The position numbers and the translations under genes were made by a program. The notes under the pieces were generated by a model that saw only the letters and a list, made by a program, of their open reading frames with translations, was not told the origin of the DNA and searched no databases. Below are positions 1 through 13,090 of a DNA stretch of 64,000 nucleotides, piece by piece. This stretch comes from the human T2T-CHM13v2.0 reference genome, Homo sapiens. Every line of letters starts with the position of its first letter. Position 1 is the first letter of the stretch. The stretch lies in the NCBI RefSeq assembly GCF_009914755.1, contig NC_060928.1. One strand, written 5' to 3'.

Positions 1-329
1 TGAAGATGGATTTTGATGCCATTACGTAGGTAGTTTTCTTATTAGGATGCTAATGAAGTTCTGTATCCTGGTTTTTAATAGTTATTTGATCTATCACGAG
101 ATGATAATGTTGCAAATGTTGCAATAATATCTCTCATGATTATTTTGTCTTAATTTTCAAGAAATGTTTTTATATATTTCTTTCTTAGGTAGTAAGACAT
201 ATATAGAAAGATGATGACAGCTACCTTACAAATGTGGTTTATATTTTGTGTCACCAAATCAGCATCCCTGGTGGATAAGTGTGCAGACAATGAAACAAGT
301 TGTCAGGGATCAAATATTAGCTAAAGAGC

Positions 330-480
330 AAACCAATTAGGTGATCTTGGGCAATTTACATAATCTTTTGAGGCCTTAATTTTATCATATATGGAGATGA
401 TAATACTACCTGCTCTGTATAACAAGTATGATATAAATTTTTATTTGTAAAGCACTAGAAAAGTGATTGACACTTAGTGT
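330..480 (+). mobile_element. MIR SINE fragment
   Basis: GGTGATCTTGGGCAATTTACATAATC ... ATGGAGATGATAATACTACCT ... TGTAAAGCACTAGAA resembles the MIR core and tail. Confidence 0.6.
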
Positions 481-722
481 TATGTAAGATATAATTAATG
501 TAAAATAATTATAAGCAATGAAATGTATTCATTTAATATTGCCATTCAAAATGAATTATAGTCTACTTTGAAGCATTTGAAACCAGCTACTCTATAAACT
601 TTTTAGTCCATCCGACTAGTTTGTAGCATTTTAGCATCCAGTTCTTATACAAGAATCATTTATTCTTTTGATGTTGATTTTTAAAAGAAACAACCAAAAC
701 CAATAAAAGTCTACTTGATATC

Positions 723-1083
723 TGTCTTGGTCCACCTAGTGGCTATTACAAAATACTTTAGATTGTGTAATTTGTAAATAATATAAATTTATTTCCCACA
801 GTTCCAGAGACTGGAAAGTCCAACCAAGATCAAGGTGCCAGTAAACTAAGTGTCTGGTAAAGGCTTACTCTCTGCTTCATAGATGGCAACCCTTGCTACT
901 TTCTCACATGGCAGGAGCAGCGCATATTTCCCTTGTACTTCTTTTATAAAATTATTAATGTCATTCCCAAGAGTTCCACCCTCATGACTTAATCACCACC
1001 TAAAGACCTTACCTCTTAATATTTTCACACTGGTGATTAAATATAAACATATAAATGTTGCAGGAGCACATTCAGACCACAGG
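723..1083 (-). mobile_element. MLT1A/MLT1A0-like MaLR solo LTR
   Basis: Begins TGTCTTGGTCCA, contains ATTTCCCACAGTTCCAGAGACTGGAAAGTCCAA and CCCTCATGACTTAATCACC, ends CACATTCAGACCACAG, i.e. reverse complement of MLT1A-type LTR; about 360 bp. Confidence 0.8.
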
Positions 1084-1453
1084 AATATTCCTATCCTCGA
1101 CTCTATGTAGAATACTTCTACGTTCCAAATACTCTACTCAGGTTGGTTTTGGTATCATAGAACATAGATATGATGTTATTAATCTCTCTCTGACTGAGTT
1201 GAATAAAATTGGGCTCCCTTTTTGTTTGTTTATTTGTTTGTTTTTCTATTAGGCTGTTGAATAGAGAGGAAGATTTCAAAGCAGATTCTTAATAGACAAA
1301 AAACATACCACACAGTCTACAACTTGCCTTTTTTCTTGTGTTCTGTCTCCCTATGTCCATGCTTTGATTACTGGAAGCAAGGCTAGCCCTAACTAAAGAG
1401 GCTGTTACATGATTGATTTTTCTTTAAGACTGAGTCAGAAGAATAATGAAGAC

Positions 1454-1495
1454 GTGTGTGTGTGTGTATGTATTTTGTGAGTGTGTATGTGTGAA
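1454..1495. repeat. (TG)n imperfect microsatellite
   Basis: GTGTGTGTGTGTGTATGTAT...GTGAGTGTGTATGTGTG. Confidence 0.8.
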
Positions 1496-1649
1496 TATTT
1501 GTATGAATGTAGGTTGTTAGCAACTTAATCACTATTTTAAAAAAAGCAAAAAGTGTCCTATAATTTCTGATATATGCTACATAAAACAACACCTCAATAA
1601 TCTAAATATAGTTTGCTTTTTATTTTTCTCTTTGTCCAATGGCATTGTG

Positions 1650-1845
1650 GCAGATGTTCTTCCAGGCACTCTTCTAAAATCTTTCCAAGTAATAACTCAT
1701 ATGATTTATATAACATCCTACAAAGTAGGTACTACCATCCTCATTTTATGTATGGTGAAATGGAAGCACAGTGAGGTTAGGTAGATTTCCCAAGAGCCAA
1801 TGTGGAGCTAGGACATGATCTTTGGCAGTCTTACTCCATAGTTTG
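1650..1845 (-). mobile_element. MIR SINE
   Basis: CCAGGCACTCTTCTAA ... GTAGGTACTACCATCCTCATTTTATG ... GAAATGGAAGCACAGTGAGGTTAGG matches MIR antisense. Confidence 0.75.
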
Positions 1846-1889
1846 CCTTTTGGGGGAAAAAATTTAAAAAAAAAGAATGAAAACAAATG

Positions 1890-2280
1890 TGTGCATGCCA
1901 TATGGCTACCCCATCTCTACCTCACAACCTTCCAAAAATGTATATAGTCTCCTTACAGATAATTGTCATTGTGGGAAAAAAGAATTTGGCCGATGGGATG
2001 TGAATAAAAGTGTTACGTACAAATTCTGGGTCTTATTTTTCAAGAGGAGTGGTGCTCCCTGCTTTGTCTTGACTTGCACCTGATGGTGAGAGTTAGAACT
2101 TTTTATGTGGTTGATAAAATGGGTGCCACATATTGAGACTGGAAAAGCCCCAAGACATAAACAAAATAAGTTCTTGGTATTTGTTTATTGCCTACCTAAA
2201 CTTCTATGTAAAAGAGACTTCAAATTTTGTCACATCTGAGTCGTTGTTTTATAGAAGCTGAGCCTTCTAATGATAATCTA
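1890..2280 (+). mobile_element. Old MLT1 (J/K-like) LTR remnant
   Basis: TTTGGCCGATGGGATGTGAATAAAAGTG and the 3' AAACTTCTATGTAAAAGAG...GCTGAGCC..TAAT resemble MLT1J-type LTR; heavily diverged. Confidence 0.5.
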
Positions 2281-4099
2281 ATGTAGAGGTTATGATAATT
2301 GTTTCTATGGAAAGCAAGACCTATAATGATATCTGCTTTTCCTTTTACCACATCCTTGTTATGCAGCTATAACGTCAAGTTTTACCTGGTTTGCTTTGCA
2401 ATTCTGTTTCCTAATAAAAAAGGCCAAGTGTTGACACATCTAGGAGCAGTCCTATCAAATGAGGACTGTGTGTAGATCATCTTTTCTTGGTTTTTCTTAT
2501 GCTATTAGCATAAGTTCTTTCAAATACATTGCTGCCCATTATTGAAAATCATTCCCGGGGATGTGTCAAAAGCCTTCACAGAGTTCATACTCTGATCTAA
2601 AGTTCTGCAACATCATTAGTAAGGTTGTATAGTAATCCAAACATTTCTTCTGACATTAAATCACTTTCTTAAAATGAAAAAGAATGATTAAATTTTCAGT
2701 GCTTCCTTTATTATGGTTCCATTTCCATTTTTACCAGAAAGTCCTCTAAAGATGCTGGTCTCTGGATGACCTATTTCTTAAATTACTAAAACTGACAGAG
2801 CCTTCGCTCCTTCTTGTACATTTCAAATAGCATTTTAATTATTTCCATTTGGATATGGGATGAGCATCTCTGTTCAAATTACTCTTAGATGTATCAAAAT
2901 TATAACTATTACTATCCTTTCAGTTAATTTTTGTTATTTTAAAGCTACACTACTTCTAGGAACAAAAAGGGTTTCATATTGACAGAAACATATAAAAGAT
3001 AAAGATTTAATTTTGCTTAAATCATATTCTTCCTGTTCTAGAATAAGCAAAACACTATGTTTAAGAATATTAGCAAGACAAAAATGTGTTGAATTTCATA
3101 TAATTTGTAGTAAAGGAATGCAGTTTGGATTCCAGTGACTGTTATATTTCTATTAAACTGAAATTTTATAAAACATTTGGCACAGTTTTAGTATCTTGAC
3201 ATACATAAATTTATTTCCATGCTATCACATATGTTAATTTAATAAGAAAAATGCTTTTCATCAACTTGCAAGAAAAATAGATATTCATTTGAAAATTGTG
3301 CCTTTATAATTGCAAAGTTTTAATGTCATATTAATAGCAATAATTATCCTTATTGACTTCAATACAATGTCAAACACAATTATCTTCTAATTATAAATTT
3401 GATGACCTCTGTCTAAATTTTCTTGTCCAAAATTCTATAATTATAAGCAAGCTGCTCTCTAGTATAATTGATAAATCCTGTAATAGCATTTTAAAGAAGA
3501 AGTATGAAAACTGCTCCACAGGAAGTATTATTCTATAAAGTGAATTGGCATCAACAAAGCTGCTGCTGGTATTTTTATATTCAAATTCACAACAGGTTTT
3601 CATTCTAACATATATAATTGTTACTTATTTGTTCTAAATGCCATCTGTCCTTGTAAATGATATATTTCTTATTAGGTGGTGAGAATATACAGATCAACAA
3701 GTTTGTTACCAGTTCTTCATTTTAGAAAAGCCTTATCAGATAAATTTTTCTAGTCCTTTTTCCAGAATCCACATGAGAAGGCAATTAAAATTACTATTCT
3801 TCTACTCCCTTCATTTTTTTATACTTTTAATATAGTGTAAAATTCTCAAAATTTGGAAGAAATTTAGATTGTATAACAAAATTCTATGTGAAATATGAAA
3901 GTTACCTTAGCCATTACATTTTTTCTTAAATTTATCCTTTACTTATAACCAGAAGTCCCATGCTGCCATATCAATTTCAAATTTTTAAGGGCATAAAATT
4001 AATATTGGTATTTTCAATGCTACTGTCTATGTGAAAAAAAAAAAATGGTTTCCTGAACAATGCTGGTAGGAATGAAAGTTGCCTCAATAAATTCTAAAT

Positions 4100-4620
4100 T
4101 ATTTGAAAGTATTATTTAAAATACACTTTTAACCAATCGTTTCTGGTAATCTAACCTACAGAACTAAAAATAAGCATAAATATATACATATACAAACACA
4201 AAAACGTATGTGTTTTATTTTGCAGCATTGTTAAAAATCTGAGTGTAAATCAATATAAAATTCTATCCATAATAAATTATAATTTTATAATTTATATAAT
4301 TTTATTATGTTATATATAATATTTGTAGCATAATTATAATGCTGCTATTAAGATAAAAAGTTAGATATATTAATTGCAAAAGTTCAAAAGTTTCTTTATG
4401 ATGCTGTATGTAGTTCGATCTCATTTTTATTAAAATGCAAATTGGGCTTTTAAAAATTTTAATATATGTATTAAATATATGTACTTTTACATATATACAT
4501 ATAAAAAGTAGAAAATTATACACCTAATTGTCAATATTGATTATCTTCCGGGTGGAAAGTTACAAAGAGAGAAGAGAAATTTTGTTGTTGTTTTTATACG
4601 TTTTAGTTGTATTTGAATTG
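4100..4620 (+). mobile_element. Ancient L1M (L1ME-like) 3' remnant
   Basis: TTCTGGTAATCTAACCTACAGAA, TGCAGCATTGTT and A-rich L1ME-like 3'UTR character; very degraded. Confidence 0.4.
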
Positions 4621-5544
4621 CTACCAAAATAATGTTTTAATTTTGAAATTTTTTAAAGCAACACAGAACATAATGAATAGCAATACACTTTGGGGGGTTA
4701 ACATGTTTAAATGCTTAGAGGTATATGAAAGCATTGGTGCATTGGTAAGAAGTAACAAGTCAATTGAATACAATTTCTTTGAAATGAATCACTATTTAAT
4801 ATTTTCATTTTTTAAATAGTAGGAAGCTAGAAACTTTGAACCTGTTAAATCATTCTAGGTAATAATCTGTCTTGGAAAAGCTCATTATATGGGGGTTTAA
4901 TGTACAGAAAAATAAATTTATAAAATTCTCAACATGATGGTTTCTGAGAATTAAAGACATTTAACCCATCTATAAATCCATCTATAACTCAGTGGGTTAG
5001 AATAAATGATGGACATAAAAGCTCTGTTAATCCAAAGTCACAAATACTAATGGACTGCTTGGTAGATTAACAGCAATCGTGGCATCTTGCTAGAACCATA
5101 CTGTTTACTTCTATCCTCAGCTTGAAAGGATGCACAAAGCACATTCAGGTCTCTAAGAACATTTAATTCAAGTGGACAGAAACACATGAATATGCATTCA
5201 AGCTGACTATTGAACTTGCAAGCTTTATCTTTGAGCTGCTCTAGTGCTTCAAGCTGTGGAGATATAAAACTCTACCTTTGGGACAAGGAGTTGGAGCATC
5301 ACCAAACTCTGATCAACAAAGAATGTATCCAGTGTTTTTTTTTTTTTCTTTACCAATGACAAAGAAAATTCTTCATTTTTATAACACTGTCTTTCCAGTT
5401 CTTAAATAATAGCATGCACAGGTGGTGTGAGGGATTACCATAGTAAAGCAACAAAAGGGTTATGAGCTTCCAAAGAACTATTATTAAATATAGGCACACT
5501 ATAAAAAAATACTTTAGAATGATGACACCGTCAGGTACCATATT

Positions 5545-5715
5545 TTCTTTTTTTTTTCTTTATTTCTTCTAAAAAAATGGGATACATGTGCAGAACGTGC
5601 AGTTTGTTACACAGGCATATGTGTGCCATGGTGCTTCGCTGCACCTATTGACCCATCCTCTAAGCTCCCTCCCCTCACCCCCCATACCCCAACAGGCCCT
5701 GGTGTTTGTTGTTCC
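5545..5715 (-). mobile_element. L1PA8-like short 3' end fragment
   Basis: poly-T, then TTTATTTCTTCTAAAAAAATGGGATACATGTGCAGAACGTGCAG ... CTATTGACCCATCCTCTAAG, the antisense L1PA 3'UTR with L1PA8-style tail. Confidence 0.8.
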
Positions 5716-5930
5716 AAGCTGGTTCTTCTACTTCTGCAAAATAAGTTTTAGATTAAGCTATTGAACTTGACTATAATCAGAGGAAATGTTTGTGCAATAT
5801 ACAATTCAATTGAACATACAATAATTGAACACACAATTCAATTATTTCAGTGACTTGCTTTCACCATATATATTTACATTATTTTTCAAGTGAATTTAGC
5901 ATGCAAAATAGGTTAGGCAACTATAAGTTA

Positions 5931-6014
5931 TTAGGCTGGTGCAAACATAAATGTCATTACATTTTGCTGTTACTTTTAATGGCAAAAACCACCATTATTT
6001 TGGCACCAACCTAA
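5931..6014. mobile_element. MADE1 mariner-derived MITE
   Basis: 84 bp, TTAGGCTGGTGCAA ... TTTTAATGGCAAAAACC ... TGGCACCAACCTAA; terminal inverted repeats (12/14 matching), TA on the left flank. Confidence 0.85.
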
Positions 6015-7016
6015 CACTAACCAAGGCTCCTCAAAATACAGAAAAAGATTTAAAGCTTTTTTCTTCCCTTTTTTATGTAGCACATCTCAGTGAAAACTGA
6101 AAAGACTTTCTAATTATATTCTCATATTGTAAAAGATGGCCACTAACTACAAATATAACTGAAAGCATTTTATACACTTACAAAAATCTTAATATCACTA
6201 TCTTAGAGGATTATTTTCATATATTTTATACAACTATTAATCCTTCCCTTTATTCCTATTCATCTAGTCGTGAGCAATCTCTGGTCAGGTGTTTAGACCT
6301 GATTCAATTGCTGGACTATACTATCAGAATGCAACAATGTTTATGCGTTTATAACATCATAAGACTCACACACAGATCTAAAAGCCTGTATTTCTTCACT
6401 GTGTCTCCTTGGCCTTTCCCTTGGAATCTTGGGCCATCCCCAAGCAAGTGTTTTAACTTTTACAGTGTCATTCTTCCTTTGATTCTTTGTGTCAGTTTCA
6501 GTGCTGTCATCTGTGTCTGTTTTGTATATCAAAGATTCTTGTCTGAACACAAACATAATGACAGAGTACAGGTTGTCAAACCTACACAATCCGGAAATGC
6601 TTTATAGATGCTCATTTTCATTGAGTGCTTAAGTGGCAACACAACAGTACCTGCTAACCAGGTGTACATAGATATTGTGGAACTAAATCTAATGGCCAAA
6701 ATATGAAAATCGTTATAATGCATGCACTTACAAAGACCCATTCTTAGATAAATATTTCAGAGATAATATTTTAATAAATCTGAGCTCATTGAGGCATATG
6801 AAATAAAGTATGAGCATTCTTGATTAGAATATTTTACCCCAATCAAAATGTAAGAAGAGGCCTATTTAGGTCTCACATTACAATATCATTATCATCTATC
6901 ACTAATGTCAGAAAATGTGTTAAAATGTTTTTGTGTTTGCTGCATGTTATCTAAATTATCCTAACTGAAACTTTAAAAAAATTTGTCTCATTGGGATGAT
7001 CTGCCCTCACGCACTT

Positions 7017-7047
7017 GACACACACACACATGCACACACACACACAA
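7017..7047. repeat. (CA)n microsatellite
   Basis: ACACACACACACATGCACACACACACAC. Confidence 0.85.
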
Positions 7048-7284
7048 ATACATAAGATGCATAGTGCAGATAAGCATTATTAAAAATTAAAATGAATATG
7101 TCAGAAGGAAACATATATTTTGTCCTTAAAGTGATTTGATACTTATATATATTTATTATTTATATTATTATACTTGAAATATCTTAAGTTAATGAGGAAA
7201 AATTTCTAAATTGCTAAAACACAAGAACAATCCACTTCTAATTCCTCCCATTGTGACAATGTAGTTTATAAATCTGTCTACCTA

Positions 7285-7395
7285 TCCCCCCCTTCTTTTC
7301 TCCTTCCCTCCCTCTTTCCTTCCCTTCTTTTCTTCCTTTCTTCCTTCTAGCCTTGCTTCTTACCTTCTTTCCTTCTAATCTCATTCTTTCCTTCC
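7285..7395. repeat. CT-rich low-complexity (TTCC-like) tract
   Basis: Polypyrimidine run CCTTCTTTTCTCCTTCCCTCCCTC... Confidence 0.8.
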
Positions 7396-7519
7396 ATTCA
7401 TTAATCTATACATTATTCTAGATATAAGACAGAATAATGTATTTTGTGTCTCACTACTGATACACTCAATAACATTTTGTAAATTTAAGTAGTCACTGTA
7501 ACTATGCTCTAAGTCATTA

Positions 7520-7800
7520 AATATGTTACACTGCAGATTATTAACCCATTTCCTATTGTTAAATTTTAATATTTTTCTAATTTTTTCTCAATTGTAAAGA
7601 ATGCATAGATGCTTTCATTAAATAGAAATTGTTGTGTGCATCTCAGATTATTTCCTTAGGCGCAAAATCCTACAAGTAAAGTTACTAGATCAAAAATTAT
7701 GAACATTCTTGCTAAAGTTTGAGAACTCTAATCTCAGATTTAATTGACTACCAGAAGTGTATGAATTTTCTTTGTGTCAGCATATCCCAACCAAAGTAAT
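7520..7800 (-). mobile_element. L1M (L1ME/MC-like) fragment
   Basis: TTAACCCATTTCCTATTGTT ... GATTATTTCCTTAGG ... TCCTACAAGTAAAGTTACTAGATCAAAA matches antisense L1M 3' ORF2/UTR. Confidence 0.6.
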
Positions 7801-8279
7801 TTATGAAAAGATTATTGCTGATTAAATATAGAATTAAATCTGTTTAATTAAAAAATTTTTCGTCTGATAGTATGATAAATTATTATATTTAATATTCTTC
7901 TGCAAGTTTTTCATTAACATCATGTGATTTTAAATATCTACAGCAGATAGATTTTTTCTTTTAATTTTTAAAGGAACTCTAGAAAATATATTAATATATT
8001 ATTTATTATAAAAATATGTAGTGTTACAATATTATTTATAGCGTTACTTTATTTTTTCTTAAAACTATATAAAATGTGACTTGCTTTATAATATAAACTA
8101 GATTTTATTAATAATTTGGGGGATGACTAATCGCATGTTCCACCATATGAACTGAAACTTCATTGGCTACATTAGATATATGTAGCTTATACTGACACAA
8201 AACTTTATGTACTATTTATTTTTAGGTGTTGAATTCCATTTCTGTTTCACCGAGACTTCTACAGGTTTCTATCATCACA

Positions 8280-9100
8280 TCTTCTGAACTGTATCTGTGC
8301 TCAACCTTCTACCTTTATTCCGATTTTTATGAATGGATTATTCATGCTTCTATGTTGTGCAGTAGATATCCTCTTGTTCACTAGACCTTTTGCCTGCCGA
8401 CTACTCCCATACATAGTCCAATTCTACCCTCTTTACCGTATATTCACAGCTCTTTACCCTGTACACGTTTAGCTCCATCAACACACAAGCATGTACCATC
8501 TCTGCCATCTGAAAACAAACAAGCAAAACAAAGCAAACATCTGTCTGGATCCCACCTTTTCCTTTTGCTGCCGCCATGTTTATTTCCTACCCTTCAAAGC
8601 AAAACTCATTGAAAGTTGTATTTTCTATTTACATTGACTAGTATGTCTCATTTATCTGAGATAGACAGAGTTTACATATGTTGCCCCTTCTAATACAGGG
8701 TTTTATCAAGACAAAAGGATTCTATTAAGTTATAATATATCTAGTAGCCCCTATTTTTTGCCATCTTTTTGTTTACCTCTCATTCTTTCTCTAATGGTTT
8801 TCATTTAGATTTTTGCCCCATCATTCCACAAAAAGGCTTTTATAGATTTCATGATCTCCACCTTGTTAAAATCCTCAATATTTTTGAACTATTCATTTGA
8901 TATGTTTGATTACTTGCTTCTGCTTGAAACGTACTTCTGTCTTGTATCAATAGATACAACATTCTCTTCATTTTCCTCCTGCCTTTCTGACTCTTGCTCT
9001 CCAACTCCTTTTCTGGTTTCTCTCATATACTTCATTAATTATTCTGGTGTCTTGGTTCTTAGGCCTTGGACCTTTTCTATTTTATATATTTATTTTCTTC
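8280..9100 (+). mobile_element. L2 LINE fragments
   Basis: CCCTTCAAAGCAAAACTCATTGAAAG, TTTTGCCCCATCATTCCAC and TTTTCCTCCTGCCTTTCTGACTC are typical L2 ORF2-region motifs; possible small hAT insert at about 8635-8752. Confidence 0.6.
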
Positions 9101-11539
9101 TGTAAATAATAACATATTTATTATTTCCTCTCTAATCATTACAATATTTATTTCTTTATCACTACTGTTCTGGCTATAGGGTATCCAGCAAACTGATGAA
9201 TAGAAGTGGTAAAATGGACATCTTCACCTTGTGTTTTTTTTTCTTCATCTTTTCTTCCATATGATTGAATTCTCTGATAAAAAATTAATGTCTATGTTTT
9301 CAAGTGAGTCGTGGGTTTTAGGGAATCCAGGTTAAGACAGAGGTCTTCACATTTAAGTCCTAAAAATTATTTTAGAATCTAACCATATCAAAGATCCCTG
9401 ATTGCTAACTATTCTGAATGCTATCCTTTAATGTTGATTAGGGCCATCACCTTTCCCTTGCTTCTGGAAATTAACTGTTGCTATGTTCTGAGAAAAATAA
9501 GAACAAAAACAAAGTGAAACAAAAAACCCCGCACATTTTACAGATCTGTTTTGTCTAGAAGCACCCATTTTCTATGCACAAGGGAGCTTGAACTTCCATG
9601 AAGTACAAGTAATTTATATTTCAGTTTTCTATTAGTTTCATTAAAAAAAGATTAAAAAATATAGAAGATAATAACAGCCCTGAGTGCTTTATCTACTGCA
9701 GGAGCAAAGTCCACATTTTCAGTAAGTGAGTTTGAGGACCTTCTTCTATTTACTGAAGAGGGAACCACTGTGTTTGAGAACGAAGCACAGAGGTAAACAT
9801 GCTGGCATTTTGCCCTATTGGCAGAACACCAAACTCAGCAACACTCAGTTGATCTACTTAATCTTTCTATTGAAAAAAGGTATTATTAAAACCCTTAGGA
9901 GCATTCCTGAAATCAGACTAACAAAAACAGCTTGACACTCAGTATGCATTTTTAAAAAACCCAGATATATACATACATTACAATGGTATTTTTATGAATA
10001 CTCTGTTGCAAAAATATTAACCCAACAGATTTTCTTTACATAATAAATGCTGAAAATACAAATATATAGGATTTCAAAACTTTGTAAAGAAAGCCTATGA
10101 CTCTTATATTATTTATCTGTGTATTGTAGAGGTTAACTTTGATATAGTGAAATGGAATTGAAGAGACTGTAAGACACTGATGAGTTCAGAGGTTTAGATG
10201 CTTTTTTCATAAATAGAGATACATAATGACAAGGGAATTTTGGAAATTAAGGAGGCAAGAGTTAAAGAATATACTCCATAAAAACAGCAAGATATAATAT
10301 GACATATTTCTAAGGACTGTTAAACAAAGAAGTGGGTTGAAACAGTGAGATACAATACAATGAGACAGTGTGAAAAGCACTAGGCAAAATGCCTTTGCTA
10401 TCGTAGAGTTTATAATCTCATAAAGAAAGGGAACACTGAAAGTAATGAAGCATATATACATATATATGACATATATCTGTAAATATCTGATGAGTGTTAT
10501 AAAAGAAATGTAAGTATGGCAATAAAAATTTTAATAAGAGTACTGATATGCATTGAGAGGTAAGATTTCAGTTAATTGAAGTGCATTGTGCAGCCTTTGT
10601 TTTCTGAAAATTTACCAAAATAAGTCACTCAAAGTTAATCCTTTCTTTTGAACATTAATTAAATTTTCCAGTCGTTACGGTAGGTGACTGATTATAATTG
10701 CTTTGAAAATATTTTAGTTAAATTTATCTCTATTCATGCTCTTCAGGATAAAATATATAATAGGTAATGAAAAACTGTTCAGAAATTTCTCGTGGAAAAT
10801 TATAATTGTTTCTGTTGGTACCCTTAAGCTTGTGGTGCAAAAACGGCCTCTCATTAAATATCAATTCAAGATTATTTCTTTAAGCTCCATAATAATATAG
10901 ATTTGTTTCTGATCTCTAAAACTTTGCTTAGATTTTCTTCTCCCTAGGATTTTAATCTCAGCAAGTCCTACCCGTTTTGGCAACAATCTAATATCTTCAA
11001 ATATATTTTTTTAAATGCCCAGCTTTTCTCAGATAATTTTGGCTTAAGATATATCCAGTATAATGTCAAAGGAAAGATAACTACATAAAGTTACATTTTA
11101 CAGTCTTCTCTTTGTAAATTATAAAATCTTTGGGGAAAAAAGTATATGACATACTTGACTTTGAGTCTCAACGAATAATGTCAGAAACATAGAATCTCCT
11201 TAAATTTTTCTTGGGGTAAGTTAGGTATCAGACATGATAGAAAGAAAATAAAATGTTCTGATTTGGGAATGGAAAAAGTTGAAATTTATATGTATGGGTC
11301 AAGGAGAAACTTGATATAGTTAAGTTTAGATGTTTACTATCTACAAGAAAACATTAATTTAAAATAAAACAATTATTTTAGCACTTCAGTCAAGCTCTAC
11401 TATAAGCATGATGTTATTAAAAGACAGCCTAACAATGGCCCATTTTTTCAAGGAGCCCAAAATTTATTTAAAACAAAAAAACCAATTAAACTTCATACAA
11501 TTCTATCATAGCTAACTGCAGGGTATATCTCGAATAGAC

Positions 11540-12380
11540 TCTTTATGCCATTTTCACTACTTCCACCTTAGCTCAAACTGCCATTGCTTTAGCCTAGTTT
11601 AGAGCAACAACTTCCCAGATGGTCTCTCTCTTTTCAACAAATACCATTCCCTCCAATCCATTCAAATGGAAAAGTCAGAGTGATATTTTTAAAATTGTAG
11701 ATCATATCACATTGCTTTTATCCCTGCTTAAAACTTTTTATTTGATTTTTTTACTTTTGTTGGAATCTAAATTCCTTAGCCTGTAATGCCTGAATGAACT
11801 TTCTTCTGCTTTCATTTCCAACCTGTCATCTCATGAATCTTCTCATCTAGCTCAAAAGTCCACTCCTTTCTGGTCTTTTTTGTCTTCTCCCATTAGTTCT
11901 GAATTATATCACGCTCTCTCCTGCCTCAGGGCTTTTGTGCTTTCTGTTCTCTTGATGTGGACTGTTCTTACTTGCGTTCTCTCATGTGGGCCAGCTCACA
12001 TGCTGCAGGACTCTGATAAAGCTATACCCTTTAGAGAGGCTTTTCTTGACTGTTCTGTCTAAAATAGGCTCCAACATATGGCTACATGACGGCTTATCAG
12101 ATCAACACCCAAGCCGGATATCTGGCCAGCAAACTTACATCACACAAAAGACATTCCTAATTATGCTCATACCAATTTACTTGGTAAGCCAATTTAGCAT
12201 ATTCTAAGAATATACGGGGTAATTCAAATATTTATTAGTTGGTTTGTTATTTCCACTAAGGTACAAGACCTGCAAGTGCAGAGGATTTGTCTGTCTTATA
12301 CTATATTTAATCTCTAGTGCCAACATATTGTTAGCTAAATAGTATGTGCTAAATACATTTTTATTGAATCAATAAATGAA
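11540..12380 (+). mobile_element. L2a 3' region with tail
   Basis: CCTCCAATCCATTC, TCCTGCCTCAGGGCTTTTGTGC and a tail ending TAGTATGTGCTAAATACATTTTTATTGAATCAATAAATGAA. Confidence 0.75.
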
Positions 12381-12879
12381 AACATGATGTGTAACAGCCA
12401 TTCTGTTATGTAGAGTACTGGGGACCCAATAATCAGCACAGATGGTTTCAACCATTAAGTATTTCCCAGTTTAGTAGAAAAGAAATATCTGGAAATAGAT
12501 AATATAATAATCCAGTAATATAAATGCTACACAAGATGAAATAAATGCTTAGTAAAACCATTCTGTTCTTATAAGTATTAATGTTTACCACATATCTTTC
12601 ATCAAAGCAAATTTTCTTAAGCTTTAGATCACAAAACTTGCAAAGGCATTTAAACACCCATCATAATGGTTACCTAGTAGCAACAAATTTCTCCTTGCTT
12701 TCAGAGATGTAGAATTTGTGTAGATGTAGAGTAGTGTAGAAGAAAGTGCTCTAGAATAATGTGCAATGATTTCTGGTAGCTTTGACATTAACCATTCGGG
12801 AAGTTGTTGGTGTCTCATTATAATATTTTCATAATGTTAATATATGAAGATTTTATACACTTTAAAAAGGCCTAAATGT

Positions 12880-13090
12880 ATATTATAGTGTATAAGAGTA
12901 TCAACTCTCAATTAAGCCTGCATAGATTTAAATCACAGATTACTCAATTTTCATTTAAAATTTAACAAAACCATAGGCAGATTGTTCAAATGTTCTGTGC
13001 CTTACTTATATTAAATGAGAATTATAAGAATGTCTATCTCATAAGGAGGTATTTTTGCAACTTTAACAAGAGTGTTTACATAAATACTTG
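12880..13090 (+). mobile_element. MIR SINE
   Basis: TATAGTGTATAAGAG ... TAGGCAGATTGTTCAAATGTTCTGTGCCT ... TCTATCTCATAAGG. Confidence 0.55.

Noticed and set aside
729-745. CTCF-like motif (reverse complement GCCACTAGGTGGACC)
   Set aside because: Only a partial match at the end of an MLT1 LTR; expected by chance and unverifiable without ChIP data.
3353-3603. Overlapping opposite-strand ORFs as a possible exon
   Set aside because: No recognisable protein similarity or convincing splice-site pair; cannot be supported without conservation data.
5545-5715. Possible link between this L1PA8-like tail and the L1 at 40016-42397
   Set aside because: A shared subfamily tail explains the similarity; nothing indicates a common event.
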